This document shows, piece by piece, positions 1-12,994 of a DNA stretch of 64,000 nt. A program made the position numbers and the translations under genes. How positions within the stretch are numbered: position 1 is the first letter of the stretch; each line of letters starts with the position of its first letter. The DNA is from Lama guanicoe. Its lineage: Eukaryota. Location of the stretch: the NCBI GenBank assembly GCA_013239625.1, contig MU054400.1:3969802-4033801 (forward strand), given 5' to 3'. The notes beneath the pieces were generated by a model. It searched no databases and was not told the origin of the DNA. It saw nothing but the letters and a program-made list of their open reading frames with translations.

Positions 1-93
1 AATTCTCTCAGAAGAGTAACATGTCTGTAGGAACAGGGAGTTAAGAGGGGGCCATAGCCTGACTGTGTGAAATGCCCAGTTTCCTCGAATGTC

Positions 94-264
94 ACTGCCA
101 GATAAAGTACATGATGTACTGTTAAGTTTGAATTCCAGGTAAATAATGGATACTTATTTCTTGTAAGCGTGTCCTATGCAATATTTGGGACTAAAATTTA
201 TTTTTTTTATCTAGAGTTCAAATGTAACTAGATGTATTTTTATTTGTTAAATCTGGCACCCCTA
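94..264. mobile_element. MER53-like palindromic hAT MITE
   Basis: Termini tgccagataaa...aaatctggcaccccta and internal gttaagtttgaatt/ttcaaatgtaac inverted symmetry match the MER53 consensus as I recall it. Confidence 0.75.
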
Positions 265-669
265 TTTCCAAAGGGCAATTTTTCCTCTGAGAGTGAGACA
301 GACACTTACTGAAGTCTTAGATTTTTCTTACTGGTGTTGTCATTATTCTTTTGGACTTCAATTAAATTCACAGGGATGCCTGGGTTTTTACAGCTCCCAT
401 TCCTTTATCGAACTGGAAGCAGGTTTCATTATTTCTGCTTAAAAAAAAAATTGGGCAGCCAGAATACTCCCCCATTTGTAAGTTACCATTCAGTTTTTCC
501 TTAGTTGAACATGCAATGTAAATGCTGCAGTAATTTGCCAAGTTGGTTCTCTGAGGATTTTTACAGATGAGGAAACACATTAAATAAAAATAAAGGACGC
601 TTTTTAAAGGCTGTAATAGGACCACATATGTTCAATAATACATGTGTGGTGATATTACAGGTTCTGTTT

Positions 670-750
670 CCAGGATAGGAACTAGCTGTGTGACCTTAAG
701 CAAAGCACTTAATGTCTCTGGGTCTTATTTTCTCCTTTTATAAAATGAGC
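670..750 (+). mobile_element. MIR SINE core fragment
   Basis: actagctgtgtgaccttaagcaaagcacttaatgtctctg...taaaatgag matches the MIR core. Confidence 0.7.
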
Positions 751-1519
751 TGGCTGCAAACTTTTAAGGTCCATTCTGACTCTTTTATTCCACTGAAAAT
801 ATGTAATTTTTCCAATAGTCCTGTGCTGTACCATTTCTGATTTGGTAACTTGGGAGTCTGCCTCCGTGGGAAGCTGGGAGAAGGGAATTTCCAGGCACAC
901 AAGGATGCCTCCAGTGAGTATGACTAGCAGTTGCTTTATCACTCCAGGAACAGCAGCCTGTTTTCGCAGCAGCTCTTTCTTACTTGCTTATTCCATTTGT
1001 TCATGTAGCCAACCTTTGCGTAGTTGTGAGGGTTTGAGAAACCAGAAAGTAAAAGATAGGGTCTCTGTCTCACTCTAGTGGGTGGGGGGTAAGGATGGCT
1101 GTGGAGAGAGACAAAGAGCAAGTCAGAACCACGTGGTCAGTATTAGGCTGGAGACAACGGTGTTGTATTATGAAACACAGCACATATGACTGATATTAAG
1201 GAAGCTGTTTTCCTAGTCGTTGCTGATTGAATTCACTATAAATTCTAGTATCTCTGGTATCTGGATACTCTGATTAGATGCAGTGTCAGCATCACATTAC
1301 TAGCTCCCATTGCCGTGTCACGTGTGGGCACGTGAGCTGGTGCATGTGTGTGCACAGTACTCACCTGAAAGCTTTCTAGGGATTTATGTGTGTAGAAGAA
1401 AGGACAGAGAGGATGAAGAAAGCAGAGATGCTGTTCAAAAGAGCCACCTTCTTGTCTCCTATTTTTCTACTCTCTGTTTATTACTAAGATAAAGAATTTT
1501 TAAAGAGTAGCCAAAATTG

Positions 1520-1680
1520 ATGAAATACTTATGTGTTAATCATTGACTTAAATGTGTTGCACACATTCACTTCATTAATTTCCTCTACAACTCAATGCAA
1601 TAGAAACTACCAGTAACCCATTTTATAGGTGAGGAAACTTAGGGATAAAGGGTTTTTTTTGCTTATATGCTCAAGGTTTT
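1520..1680 (-). mobile_element. MIR SINE fragment
   Basis: cccattttataggtgaggaaactt is the reverse complement of the MIR core. Confidence 0.6.
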
Positions 1681-2279
1681 GTATGTCCCCCACCTTTTTT
1701 TTTTTAGATTAGAAATCCCTCTACTATCATTACAATGTAATTGGTTCAGGTCTAAAAAATACATTCAGTATTTTTCTGAGGGCTTCTATGTCCTAAGAAA
1801 TTAATGACTAAGCTTTTGTGCAATATTCCTTATATCTGGCTTTGTGTATCTCAAATGCAATGCTTTACATTACAACTGTTTTTTGTATTTTCCCAAGATC
1901 CAACTGACTAGTTTTTTTCCTCATTATTTCAGAGGGGGTGGTAAGTATGCAATGTGTATTTCTCTCCCTCACCCCCAACCCCAGAAGATGGATCAGTGTA
2001 TTATTTGAATCAGTTTGTGCAAATAATTAAGAAATCATTTTTTAAAGGATGAGCAGATAATGTGAACATTTCAAACTGCATATTAGATTAGAAGCCACTG
2101 GATCGAAGCCATGTTTAACAATTATCTGCATAAGAATTGTGCTTGAGACATTTGTGAAGCTTTGATGAGGAGCTGGAGAATGTGGGAAGTCGTGATGCAG
2201 CGGTGGTTGAACTTGCTTTTGGCTATATTAGCTGTCCGTGCCGTCCACTTGAGGATGGGGAGTCACAAAGGACAAAGCA

Positions 2280-2500
2280 AATGTTGACAGTCCTCTCTGT
2301 CATGTACCTGGGAAATTCATCTTGGATTTATTAGCCACATAAATTACTCTTCTGCAAAGTGTGGCCATAAATCACCACAGAAAGACTGAAATGGTATCAT
2401 TTCCTTGGGAATAATAAGCTGGAGGTGGTGTAGCCGTCCAAGAGCAATTATAACACAATTAAACGTTCAGGTTACTCCCTCTCCCTCATGATTTATGCCT
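2280..2500. promoter_or_regulatory. Candidate HOX/PBX/MEIS enhancer motif cluster
   Basis: TGACAG at 2285-2290, CTGTCA at 2297-2302, GGCCATAAATCA (rc TGATTTATGGCC) at 2363-2374 and TGATTTATG at 2489-2497, in non-repeat sequence. Confidence 0.4.
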
Positions 2501-2643
2501 GAGAAAAGTGCACCCAAAGGTCCATATTTTCAAAGGGAGGTCAGAGCTGTCCAGTAGCCAAGAACATCAAAAAAGACATTGAAATTTCCCAAGCAGAAGA
2601 CTAGCAAGTTGCCATATCTTTCTTAAAAAGGAAAACATTATAT

Positions 2644-2777
2644 CATGTAAAACATGTAAAAAACGTGCCATGTAAAACATATACCATGTGAACATGTAAA
2701 AAGCATGTATACTATGTAAATGTGCTTGCGGTGAAAAACATGCACTCCATGTGAACATGCAAAAAAGACGTATGCCA
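2644..2777. repeat. Degenerate CATG-rich tandem repeat
   Basis: Recurring ccatgtgaacatg(t/c)aaaaa units at 2684 and 2747, with a variant at 2644. Confidence 0.6.
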
Positions 2778-3024
2778 ACACTGATTTGTATCTTTATGAT
2801 GTTTTCCAAAAGTCTAATGAGAAACAATCTGTTGATTTGGGGAAATTATGATATAGTCTGAAACATAATTGCACATGGCCTTAGAGTCCTAGAATGTTTG
2901 TGTTGGATGGGAAGTTAGAGACCATGCTCTTCAGCCACATAGATACAGGAAACTATTTGACAAGCATCTGTTGACTTCCTACTAGATGTACAGTGCTAAT
3001 TTAAGTACTTTAGGTAAAAAAGAA

Positions 3025-4060
3025 GTAAAATGACACCAAAAGCATGAGCAACAAAAGAAAAAAAGGGGCAATTGGACTTTTCCAAAATTAAAAACTTCTG
3101 CATAGTAAAGGAATTATCAAGAAAGGGAAAAGACAGTTGAAAGAAAATATTTTCAAATCATAAATTTGATAAGGGTCTAGTATTCAGAATATAAAGAACC
3201 CCTACAACTCAACAAGAAAAAGACAAATAATCTAACTTTAAAAGTGTCAAAGGACTTGAACAGTTATTCAAAAAAGATATATAAATGGTCAACAAGCACA
3301 TGAAAAGATGCTCAAAATCATTAGGGGAGTACACATCAAAACTATATGAGATACCACTTTACATCCCCTAGGAGAGCTGTAACCAAAAAAAAAAAAAAAT
3401 TAAAGAAAGGAAAAGAACAAGTGTTGGAGAAGATGTGGAGAAAATGGAACCCTCATTGCTGATGGGAATGTAAAATGATCCAGCCACCAGGGAAAACAGT
3501 TTGGTGGTTCCTCAGAAAGTTAAACATAGGATTATTGTACAATCCAGTGATTCCACCTCTAGGTATAGACCCAAACAAATTGAAAACAGAGATTCCAGCA
3601 AGTACATGTACATACACATTCACAGCAGCATTATTCATAGTAGCCAAAAGGTGCAGGCAACCCAAGTGTCCATCTATGGAAGAATGGATAAACAGATTGG
3701 CATATATACGTACAGTGGAACATTATTCAGTCATATGAAGGACTGAAGTACTGATACATTCTATAACGTAGCGAAGGTCAAAAAATCATGCTACTAAGTG
3801 AAATAAGCCCTGTACAAATGGTCACATTTCGTATGATGCTATTTGTACAAAATACCCAGCACAGGTAATCCAGAGAGACAGAAAACAGACGAGTGACTGC
3901 CACTAGTGGTTTGGAATGATGAAAATGTTTTGGAACTTAACAAACGTGATGGTTGCACAATGTGCATACTACTTATTGCCATTGCATTCTACACTTTAAA
4001 ATGGCTAATTTTATGTTAATGTGAATTTCACCTTCACTGAAAAATAAAGGAAAAAAAAAA
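3025..4060 (+). mobile_element. 5'-truncated LINE-1 (L1MB-like): ORF2 C-terminal remnant, 3'UTR and A-tail
   Basis: ORF 3475-3738 (TVWWFLRKL...IPPLGIDP...TCTYTFTAALFIVAKRCRQPKCPSMEEWINRL) resembles the L1 ORF2p C-terminus; 3'UTR ends tacactttaaaatggctaattttatg followed by an A-rich tail. Confidence 0.9.
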
Positions 4061-4290
4061 GTAGTGGCATTGTGTAACAAAAAGGGCCCTGATTTAGAAT
4101 CAGACTTGGGCTTGTGACTTGGCTTTGCCACTTTCTCTTTATATAAATCTGGAGAAATCATTCAATCTCACCGGAAAATGCACATTCATAAAATAGGTGG
4201 GGCTGTCACCTGCCTCAGGCGGGCATTTAGTTAATGATCGGTGGACAATTGAGATAACAAACATCAAACACTTTCCTACCTGTGACCACT
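4061..4290 (+). mobile_element. Diverged MIR SINE
   Basis: tagaatcagacttgggcttgtgacttggctttgccact...tcattcaatctc resembles the MIR head and core. Confidence 0.5.
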
Positions 4291-5078
4291 ATTTTCATAT
4301 AAACTAGATACCCGCTAAGCAGAATGAGAACAATCGCAAACTAACACTTGTGGGGAAAATGATGCCCAATTCCCGTGGAAAGGAAGAATAAGCTAAGTGA
4401 GGTGGGAGGTACAAGCAGCAAGACTGCACGGTTTCTAGCCCTCTAATGGCCTTTCTGAGTCTCTCGGAAGGCAGAGAGTCAAGTGAAGGATCAGGCGATG
4501 GTGGGAGAGAAAGGAGAAGACGGCTTGGCTCCTCCACAGCGGGATGAACCACTCTGTAACCGGGAGCTGGCTAACCCCCAGGAAGTTAAGGATCGGCACC
4601 ACGTGAGGTGCCCTCAGCCTGGGTTGGGCCAAGCCCATTGCTGCTGACTCAAATGGCTGCTAATTATATTTATTTTGCAATGTGTCGACTTGCCTAGCTG
4701 CCTGGGCCCATGGGCGCAAAGTGATAATAATGCAATTTATCAGCCTTGCTTCATCTTCCTCAAGGAACCCAGTCCATGTATCCACCGACTCTGCCAAGGG
4801 AGACAGAATATCCTATGACCCAGGGGGGAGGTGTCTTTGCAGGCACACAGGAAACACGGGGCTGCTTTTGTCTTGAGCTGTGTGCAAACTGCCTTATCTG
4901 TAAGAGCAAGGACATGGAAAAAGCCTTTGTTCAGGAAGAAAAAATCCTTTGTACAGTGGGTCAGCCCAAGTCAGAAAGGCAAAGTCGCTCTATTTACTTC
5001 CAGTAATGGAGAAGTGTTTGGCTTGGCAGGTAATTATTTATTATGTAAATATTTGGTTTTGCTTTAAATAATACCTAA

Positions 5079-5106
<28 letters not shown>
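5079..5106. repeat. (TG)n microsatellite
   Basis: Perfect TG run. Confidence 0.95.
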
Positions 5107-5109
<3 letters not shown>

Positions 5110-5951
5110 AAATCATATTGATGTTCAGTATAACTTAACTAGAATTCCTATCCTGGAATGAAGAGAAATAATTCATTTATTAGCAGTCAATGTCTATGAA
5201 ATAGTCATACAAAGAAAACTTTAAAAATTTTAGGCTAACATAAGACAAATTAAGAAATTTGGAAACCTCCAGCCTTCACTCTGTGTCTGTGCACACGCAC
5301 AGGTGTGTTTGTCACATGTATGAGCATAAGTCTGTGTAAAAACCCATCACTGAAGGACCACAGAGCTCAGGTGTGGCTGTGGGTCTGGCTTAGTAACAAA
5401 AAGCCCAGCTCATCTGACAGCTGCTCTGTGGCTCAGAGCATTCGTAGTGTCAAGTGTCCATAGTATAAAAAATTGAGCTGATTCACCCAAGTTCAGGCTT
5501 CATTTAAATACCACAAGGTATCTGCTGCTAACAGAATTGAACTTCAACTTCTAGGGCTTCAGATTTGCTTCTATTTGGTAAGACCTAGTTTTCTATGTGA
5601 GAAGGGAGAATCTATTTGAGAAGGGAGAAGGACTTTTCAAACCTTGCAGAATAGATAAGCAACACGTAAATTGACCAGACTTGTGCAAAGGTGGACTGAT
5701 ATGGAGTGTGTGACAACGGCAAAATTGTTCTTCAAGGCATCATCAGGGCCTCTGCTACTGTGATGGCCTAGTCTAATGATGGTCTGTTGAACAGCTGCAG
5801 GGGAGAAACAAAGCCTGAAGAGAAAGTGCTGGTGATCCTTGGCTGTTTGGGAGAAGACGCCAGTGTATTGAAGCTTGAAGCCAGTCTTGAAATCTTGAGC
5901 TCCAAGAGTAGAAGAGACAGAGTGGGGAGGAGAGGAGAGAGAAAGTACTAG

Positions 5952-6421
5952 TGTAACAGGGAAGAACAAAGCTGACTCCATATTAGATCTGTTCGTTTAG
6001 CTCTAGCCCTGTGCTCTGTTTCCTGTGCTCAGTCATGCTGGTTCTGCACCTTTTGTAAAAGAATGCTGCCTAGAGCCTGAGATAGACAGGGTAGCCCATT
6101 CTCAAGGCTCTGACCTTTGAGGGTATAACTCTTTCCCATTCATACAGAGATAAAAAGTTGCAGAAGGGAGAAAAAACATTTGTCTTGTTGGAGGTTTACA
6201 GGAACATCATGACCTAAAGTACCTGGACAGCTGCAAGAACAAAGGATTTCGACACCAAGAAGTTTGCAACAACCAACCACACCCCTTCCCCTTTTTAGTA
6301 TAAATGAGTCTGCCATCTTCTCCGTCTACCGAATAAAGTCATTATTCCTTGCCCCAGCACCTCATCTCCTGATTTATTGTCCTGTAGTGCGGCGAGCAGA
6401 ACGAGTTTGGACTCAGTAACA
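5952..6421 (+). mobile_element. ERV1-class solo LTR
   Basis: TGTAAC...GTAACA termini, TATAAA at 6299-6304, AATAAA at 6332-6337 and an ERV1-type U5 end (tgcggcgagcagaacgagtttggactcagtaaca); no clean TSD visible. Confidence 0.8.
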
Positions 6422-7350
6422 GTATGGCTTCTTAACTGGATGAGAGACACGAAAGTCCAGGAAAAACAAATGAGAAAAGGAGTTATTTTTCTCTTTTTGA
6501 AGACTTTCCACCTCCTTTCCTCTTCCAGTGAAAATCAGAAAAATGTAGAGTTATGAAATAGTTTTGAATGATGAAAAACATTTTTAAGACAAGTTGTTTA
6601 CCTGGCATTGAATTCCCCAGAATAATTTTTTAAAAATTGCACAAGAGGAAGGCTTACTGGGAAACATGCCGTTTCTGTTCATTTTAAACCATAATAACAA
6701 TAAACAGTACCATTACAACATTCCAACGGAGGCACCAGGCACATTTCTCCCTGAAGGGAATACCTTTTAGTGTTGGCAGTGGCTGCCAGGAGTCAAGGGT
6801 CTTCAGACATTTCAATTTCATGGACTACTAATGCCTGTCAATCAATCAATCTCTTCTAGACTGGGGGAGTCCTCATTACTCAGGTATTTTCTGTTCATGT
6901 TTCAAGAGCTTGAAGTTACAGAGAGAATCGCCACAAGATTAAAAAAAAATTCACTAATGAATTGGTCAGTTAAAGAATTAGTCTTCCTTCCTTACCCTCT
7001 TACAGTAAGGCCAGTTTGGCTGATTGTCAGATGTTGTAAACATCCAGTGATACAATGTAGATACAGAATAAGGTCCAGAAGAGTGTAATCCCTCCCTTGA
7101 AAATGAGGGAGGTGAGCCTCTGCAGCCATCCATGGAGTCCTTAACTGTATCTGATGTTGTTTCTGGCAACAGCTCAGCTTCTTAGGGACTTGGAATCAAG
7201 GAGGTTACCCTGCCAGTGGGGAAGCCTGTCTTGGCTCCTGCTCTGTGCAGCCCTTGGTCTGTCCTATGTTGTGTCCTTAAGCACATGAAAGGAGCTCTGT
7301 CCTTTACTTGTGGCACATCAGTTTCACCATGTGACAACCATGTACATGGG

Positions 7351-7671
7351 TGTCTCAGTTCTTTCGGGCTGCTAGACAACAGAAACTTACTTCTCCCAGT
7401 TCTGGAGGCTGGAAAGTCCACAGTCAAGGTATCTGGTGAGGTCTTGCTTCCTGGTTCATAGAATGCTGTCTTTTCACTGTGTCCTCATGTGGTGGGAGGG
7501 ACTAGAGAGCTCCCTGGGGTCTCTCTTATAAGGGCACTAACCCCATTCACGAGGACTCCACCCTCATGACCTGATCACCTCCCAAAGGCCTCACCTCCGA
7601 ATACCATCACAAGGGCGATTAGACTTCAACATATGAATTTTGGGGGGGACAAAAACATTCAGTCCATAGCA
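7351..7671 (-). mobile_element. ERVL-MaLR solo LTR (MLT1A-like)
   Basis: cagttctggaggctggaaagtcca...ccctcatgacctgatcacctcccaaaggcc...ttcaacatatgaattttggggggac...attcagtccatagca. Confidence 0.85.
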
Positions 7672-8594
7672 GTGTGAAAAGATGACAGGGTTGGCTTAAG
7701 GGAGAATAAACCACATAAAAAGCAAGAAGAACTGGAATAACAGCAGACTCAGCAGACTGTGAAATTAATAACTAATATTAAAATTTACTTGGTGGGAAAA
7801 AAGCCATCTTGTTTTAGTCTATGGTCTGTGGTCTATATTGTCATTGTCTTGTTAGAGACTAAAGCCTTCATTTTTTTTTTTTCCAAAAATAAGCAAGGAA
7901 GAACAAAGCTTGATGTAGTCTTTTGAGGAAAAGTCAAGGAGACCACAAGACAGGGTTGCTGTTAAGAATTCGGAGGACACCCGGAGGTATACTCCGAAAC
8001 ACCCTTGTGGTGAAGATGATCTCTGCATCCAGCTGCAGGGCTTCCTTCTTAAGGTTCATCAATGTACAAGTCCATGTTAAGATATGTTAAATTTGTACAT
8101 ATTTCCCTTAGAAGTTAATATACAAAACAGGGTCCTTTTATGAGCAGTCCATGTAACGCGTCTTCTTTCTCTCTGCTCTCATTGGCTTGTCTCGCTTAAG
8201 TCAGTCTGATAACATTTTATTGTCTCCTCCTTTCCCCCTCTCCTCTTTAATTCCACAGGGGAAAGTGAAGAATAAAGGGTAGAAACTTCCACAGTAATGG
8301 GTTTTGTCCTGTTGCACATGACATAGTTTACTTTCATAACCACGAGAGACTTAGTTTGTCAATGGGAATAAAGAGCAAGTTGGATCCATTGCCGTATCTC
8401 CCCACCAGCTCCCATCACTTGCTGAACAACAGCCCAGTAATAGTACATTCCTTTCTTTCATGGCTTCAAGTTTTCTGAAAATTTTACATTTCTCCAAAGG
8501 ACATACTGAGGAAAATGGATGTGATTCATTCAGTGGGGAAAGGAGTAGCGATGGCTTGATGTTCTACCAGAAAATGAGCTTCTCTCATGAAAAT

Positions 8595-8680
8595 GTCTTT
8601 GATGCATTTCTGCATCCCCCAAGCACCCAGCTCAGTGCCCGGCATGACTGCAGGCTTAATAGATGCCTGATGGATTAAAC
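8595..8680 (+). mobile_element. L2 3' end fragment
   Basis: gcacccagctcagtgcccggcatg...gcttaatagatg resembles the L2 tail. Confidence 0.5.
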
Positions 8681-8914
8681 TGTCATCTGAGATGCTCTCC
8701 TTGGCCAGAAAAACGGTGGTGAATTTTGTTACTGCCAATAACTGGGAAGGGGCGCTGGGGTGAGTGATGCCAATCCTTAAGCATATTCTAAAGTTAGGTT
8801 GGAAATATGTTTTTTTCAGATGATATTGTGAAAGAAAGTGCAAAGTGTCTGAATTAGAAGTTAGCTCATCAAGTAGCTGATGGAAAAAACGGTGGAACTT
8901 TCAGACGGGGTAGA

Positions 8915-9150
8915 AATTAATATTTGTTGTGGAACATCTGTTACGTACTAGACAGCGTGACCCTCTGAAGTACAGGGAAGCATACGTTATTTCACGTAAT
9001 CCCCTAAAGGGATTGGTTTTGTGATACTCATTTCACAAATGCTCAAAACTGAGGCTCACTGAAGTTTGTGACTTGCACAAGATTACAGTTAATAAGTGCA
9101 GAGCCAGAATTCTAATCCAGGTCTGCCTAACTCCAAAACCTATGCCTTTT
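8915..9150 (-). mobile_element. MIR SINE
   Basis: aaactgaggctcactgaagtttgtgacttgcacaagattacag...agagccagaattctaatccaggtctgcctaactccaaa. Confidence 0.75.
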
Positions 9151-12094
9151 CTTTAAATGGGAAACATCCCTCTCGCCCTCTTTAAATTTAGGAAGTTATT
9201 AATGCCATTAGCATTGCAGAATCTTCTGACAAGCAGAGTTCTGTGTGGGAGCTGTGATTAGGATGCTGGGTGCTAGAAGAGAAATTAGACAGGTGTCCCT
9301 ACCCAGGCCTGGCGGGTAGGGTAGCTACAGAGCCAGAGGGCTGAACAGGGGCCGGGCCCAGAGCAATGCTTAGAGGCAAGGAAAGCTCACAGCACGAGTT
9401 GCAGGAAGGTGTGTGATAGATAGAATTCAGGCTCTCATAAGCTGGGAAGTCTTCCTTTTGGGAACTTACAGTTTATAAAGTCAACACAGACACAAATAGT
9501 GCCTGCTGAGCAGAAAGGGAGGGGAGATTGGAGAAGGACACATCCAGCTACTTCAGGTCTTTTCGGCTTCTAGACTATATGCATTTTAATACCCTGTTGT
9601 TTACATTTAATTGTTAAAGTAATATTGAACTCAAAAAGTATAAGTTCTTTAGTCTACTTTTTTGGGGACAAAACTCATCTTTTTAAAATGTGAAAAAAAA
9701 TTGGGGAGTATAGTAAAGTAGGAAAGAATTTTGCTTATTGAAATAGGAGACCCTCCTGGGCAGATCCAAATGTTGAAGGGATAATGGGAGAGCAGGAAAA
9801 ATGAAAATAAATGAATAAACAGAGCTCCTTTGTTTAATACCTGTAAAGGATTCCTAGAGTCATTTTTATCCCTGTCTGACTTGGAGACTGGTATAATTAG
9901 GACAAAAAGGTTCAAAACCAGGGTCTGGCAAACAGGAAAACATTTCAAATGTAGTTTAAACTGTTAAATGACTTCCAAGCCTAGGCTGTCTGTGTCCCCA
10001 TCACAAGGCTGTACATAGCAGGCGGCTCTGTGGAGGAGCAGCATTCTAGATGCAGATGGAAACAAGCTTTTCAGAGGGAAAATCTCAAGAAATGGGAGAA
10101 GGCTTCTTTTTCAATTTCTTCCTCTTAAATATTTCATTACTGCATATACCCCTGGGAAAAGTGACTCAGACTGTAAATATATTGCAGAGACATGAGGTGG
10201 TTTAAAAAAATATATTCCTTTCATATCATGTGACATGATTGAAAAGGGGGAGCTTGCCAGATTTATGTGTGTGTTATGGTGATGCTACTTCTGAGTCACG
10301 GAAAGAAATCATTTTGTGAGGCTTCATTTGGTTTTATGAGGAAAGTTCATCTCAGAGGAGAAAGTGAGTTTTGAGCACCATCCCTTGGAGCTGGACTATC
10401 CGAGTCCTCTTCGTCCGGTTTCATGACATCTTTAAGGTCTGTGACCTTAGACAAGAAAGAGATTACACGCTACTCCGTAGGTAGCACCCAGACAGGATCA
10501 AAAGTGTGGGTGCTGCTCTCAGTGCTGGTGATGATGCAGGCCAGCTCATGATGTGGTACCTGGAGAGAGGAGGGAGAGCATCAGGTCCCTCCCCCGGAGC
10601 TGTGCATAAGCCGGCACTGGCTGCTTTGGGCCTTACCACGTATGTACCTGTTCTCACTTCTGGTGAAGAGTCTAGTGAGGGCTGAAATCACCTAAAAGCT
10701 TAAATAGGAAAAAAAAAAAAGATGTAAGAGAATGGGAGAATCCAATGCTGATTCTACACAGAGGTGCCTCTGTCTGTTGTATATTTTCATTTGTGAGTAA
10801 CTCCCCAATCAAATCTGGGAATGGCTGGAAATACTGGGCTTTGCCAGAAATGGCAAAATGATGTGAAAAAATAAAAAACAAGAATGATTACTAGAACACC
10901 TTAGTTCCTGTCCTGTGCCAAAGGAAAGCAGAGTAACCAGTGGCCTACAGGAGGTTATCTTTCCTAGTTTAGAGCTCAGGGCCAGGGTACCTTGGATGTT
11001 TGCTCTCTGTGGGCCTTTTACTGATGTCCTGTGTCATTCACTCACTCACTCATCCATTCATTCACTCATTTATTTGTTTACTTACCTGTTTATTCATTCA
11101 TTCATTGTGTGAACATGACAAAAGGATCAGTTGGCAACAAACCTGATCCCCCAAATCGTCAACATATTTTCATTCAGTTTTAAGAATGTAATCATGAAAA
11201 CACAGATTGAGGACCAAGGCTCTAGCCTCTCCTTGCGAGTCCAAGTGAATCAATGGCTCATAGCCTTTCTATATATGTACAGTGATCATGGTGCCAGTGC
11301 AATTGCCAGAGAATCTGGCTCCTGTCTTTTTCTTATTTATGATCTTGTCAATTTTCTATGTCATTTTCATTATACATTATACAGCTTAATCGCTTAGGAA
11401 AAGGAAAGGATGGGGAATAATAAGAGCAAGTGACAGATGTGGTAAAGAATTACTATGAAAGTTCTAAGTTATAATATGTATTGGTTACTTTACTTATATT
11501 ATCTCCAAGTCTTTATAAATATAATCTCTCTTGGTATATACCTTACCACTAGTCCTTTGTGTATCTCTTCCTTTTACAATAACCCTATAAAGGTATCTGC
11601 TGACTTTCACTCATGGTGGATTGTTTGCTCAAGCATTTTATAGTTCTTAATGAAGAATTAGTTTCAGAAGAGCTTTTGTTTTATGTTCCTTTGTTAATTT
11701 CTTGGCTTTCTCTTGGGATTTCATAACCCACGTGCATAGTTAAAACAAAAATTTAAACTAGTGCAAGACACAGGTAGAGAGGATTTTTTGCCTACCCAGA
11801 ACCATTGTAGGTATAAGCTTCCTGGTAATTTTGCAGGGCACATGGGACCATAGATGTTCATTAATCCTTTCATTGGGTGGCAGCCCTTTGAGAGTTCCAA
11901 CTTCTGTAGAAGTCTCAGCTTCAGCTCCCCAACTTTAGTATACCAAGACCACATACACTGTTGCTGTGTAAGTTTAAAAACCAGTATCTCATCATCCCTC
12001 ATCTTCCCGCTTCTCTCTTGGAGGTGTAGCATCAACTTTTGCTTACTGTACTGACTCTCAACATTATCATCCTTCTAGTTCCTTCACCAAGTCC

Positions 12095-12212
12095 GGAAAG
12101 TGAGCTCCCTCCATATCTGGTACATTACCAGAGCAGCAGGGCCTCCCATAGTGCCTGGCACATAATAATTAACAATTAGTAAATTTTGTTGAATAAATAA
12201 ATGAGTGAATGT
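12095..12212 (+). mobile_element. L2 3' end
   Basis: gtgcctggcacataataattaacaattagtaaattttgttgaataaataaatgagtgaat. Confidence 0.65.
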
Positions 12213-12533
12213 ATGTGACACATGGTCCTGGATTGTTTCACACAAAGAGAAATGAAACAGTTTCCTCCCTCAAGGCCGGAGAGGAGAGAGACTTGAAACC
12301 AAAAGCGATGCTGTAATGGGGGGCAGGCAAAGTGTCATCATATAGAAAAAAAAAGCTTGTGGAGATGGTGGCCCTGGAGTGGAGCCCTGAAGGATGAGTA
12401 GAATTTCATTTGGTGGTCGGCTGGGAGAAAAAGCATCGCAGGCGAGGAGGAAGGCACAAGCCAGAGTATTATGTATGTACTTGAAGTTCGTGCTCTGGAA
12501 ACTGTAGGTCACCTCTGTATCTGACTTGTATCT

Positions 12534-12994
12534 TGTCGTGGCTATGGGAATGCCCGTGGGGATGCCCCTTGCAGACCTCCGACTCTAGGTGCCCCAGCTG
12601 CCCCCTGAAATCCGCAAACCAATCCATACTAGGTTTCACCAAGGCCACATGCATATCCTTTGGGCTGCTCTCAGCCAGTGGCAGAATCAGACAGGGATAC
12701 TAAGACAGGCCCATTCCTGGGAGCCATGGAACTCCTTTGTTGGCTGACTTTCCCTCGATGTGGTCTTCAACTTTCTCAGACTCAGAATTCCGGGCAGGCA
12801 GTCCTGGGTGCTTCTACCCAACCTTCTCTCCCTCTCCCCTCCACTGGGGGTCAAAGTGCCATGAAAGTCAGAGTTCTTCCAGCCTTCTCCACCTCCCTCC
12901 CCAGTTCCTCTTACACAAGTGTTAGCCCTCATCAAATCCGTGCCCTTTTAATCCCGTTGTGGTGTCTGCTTCTTGTCAGACCCAGATGGACACA
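12534..12994 (+). mobile_element. ERVL solo LTR (LTR16-like), apparently nested in a minus-strand L2 (~12330-12500 and ~13020-13190)
   Basis: TG...CA ends; 3' end taatcccgttgtggtgtctgcttcttgtcagacccagatggacaca resembles the LTR16 U5; both flanks are L2-like. Confidence 0.65.

Noticed and set aside
2644..2777. Possible p53 response-element array (many CATG cores)
   Set aside because: Paired cores are 8-9 bp apart rather than 10, and their 3' flanks are A-rich, not YYY
5592..5629. 19-bp tandem duplication (and a similar ~29-bp one at ~16072-16137)
   Set aside because: Ordinary slippage duplications with no functional signal
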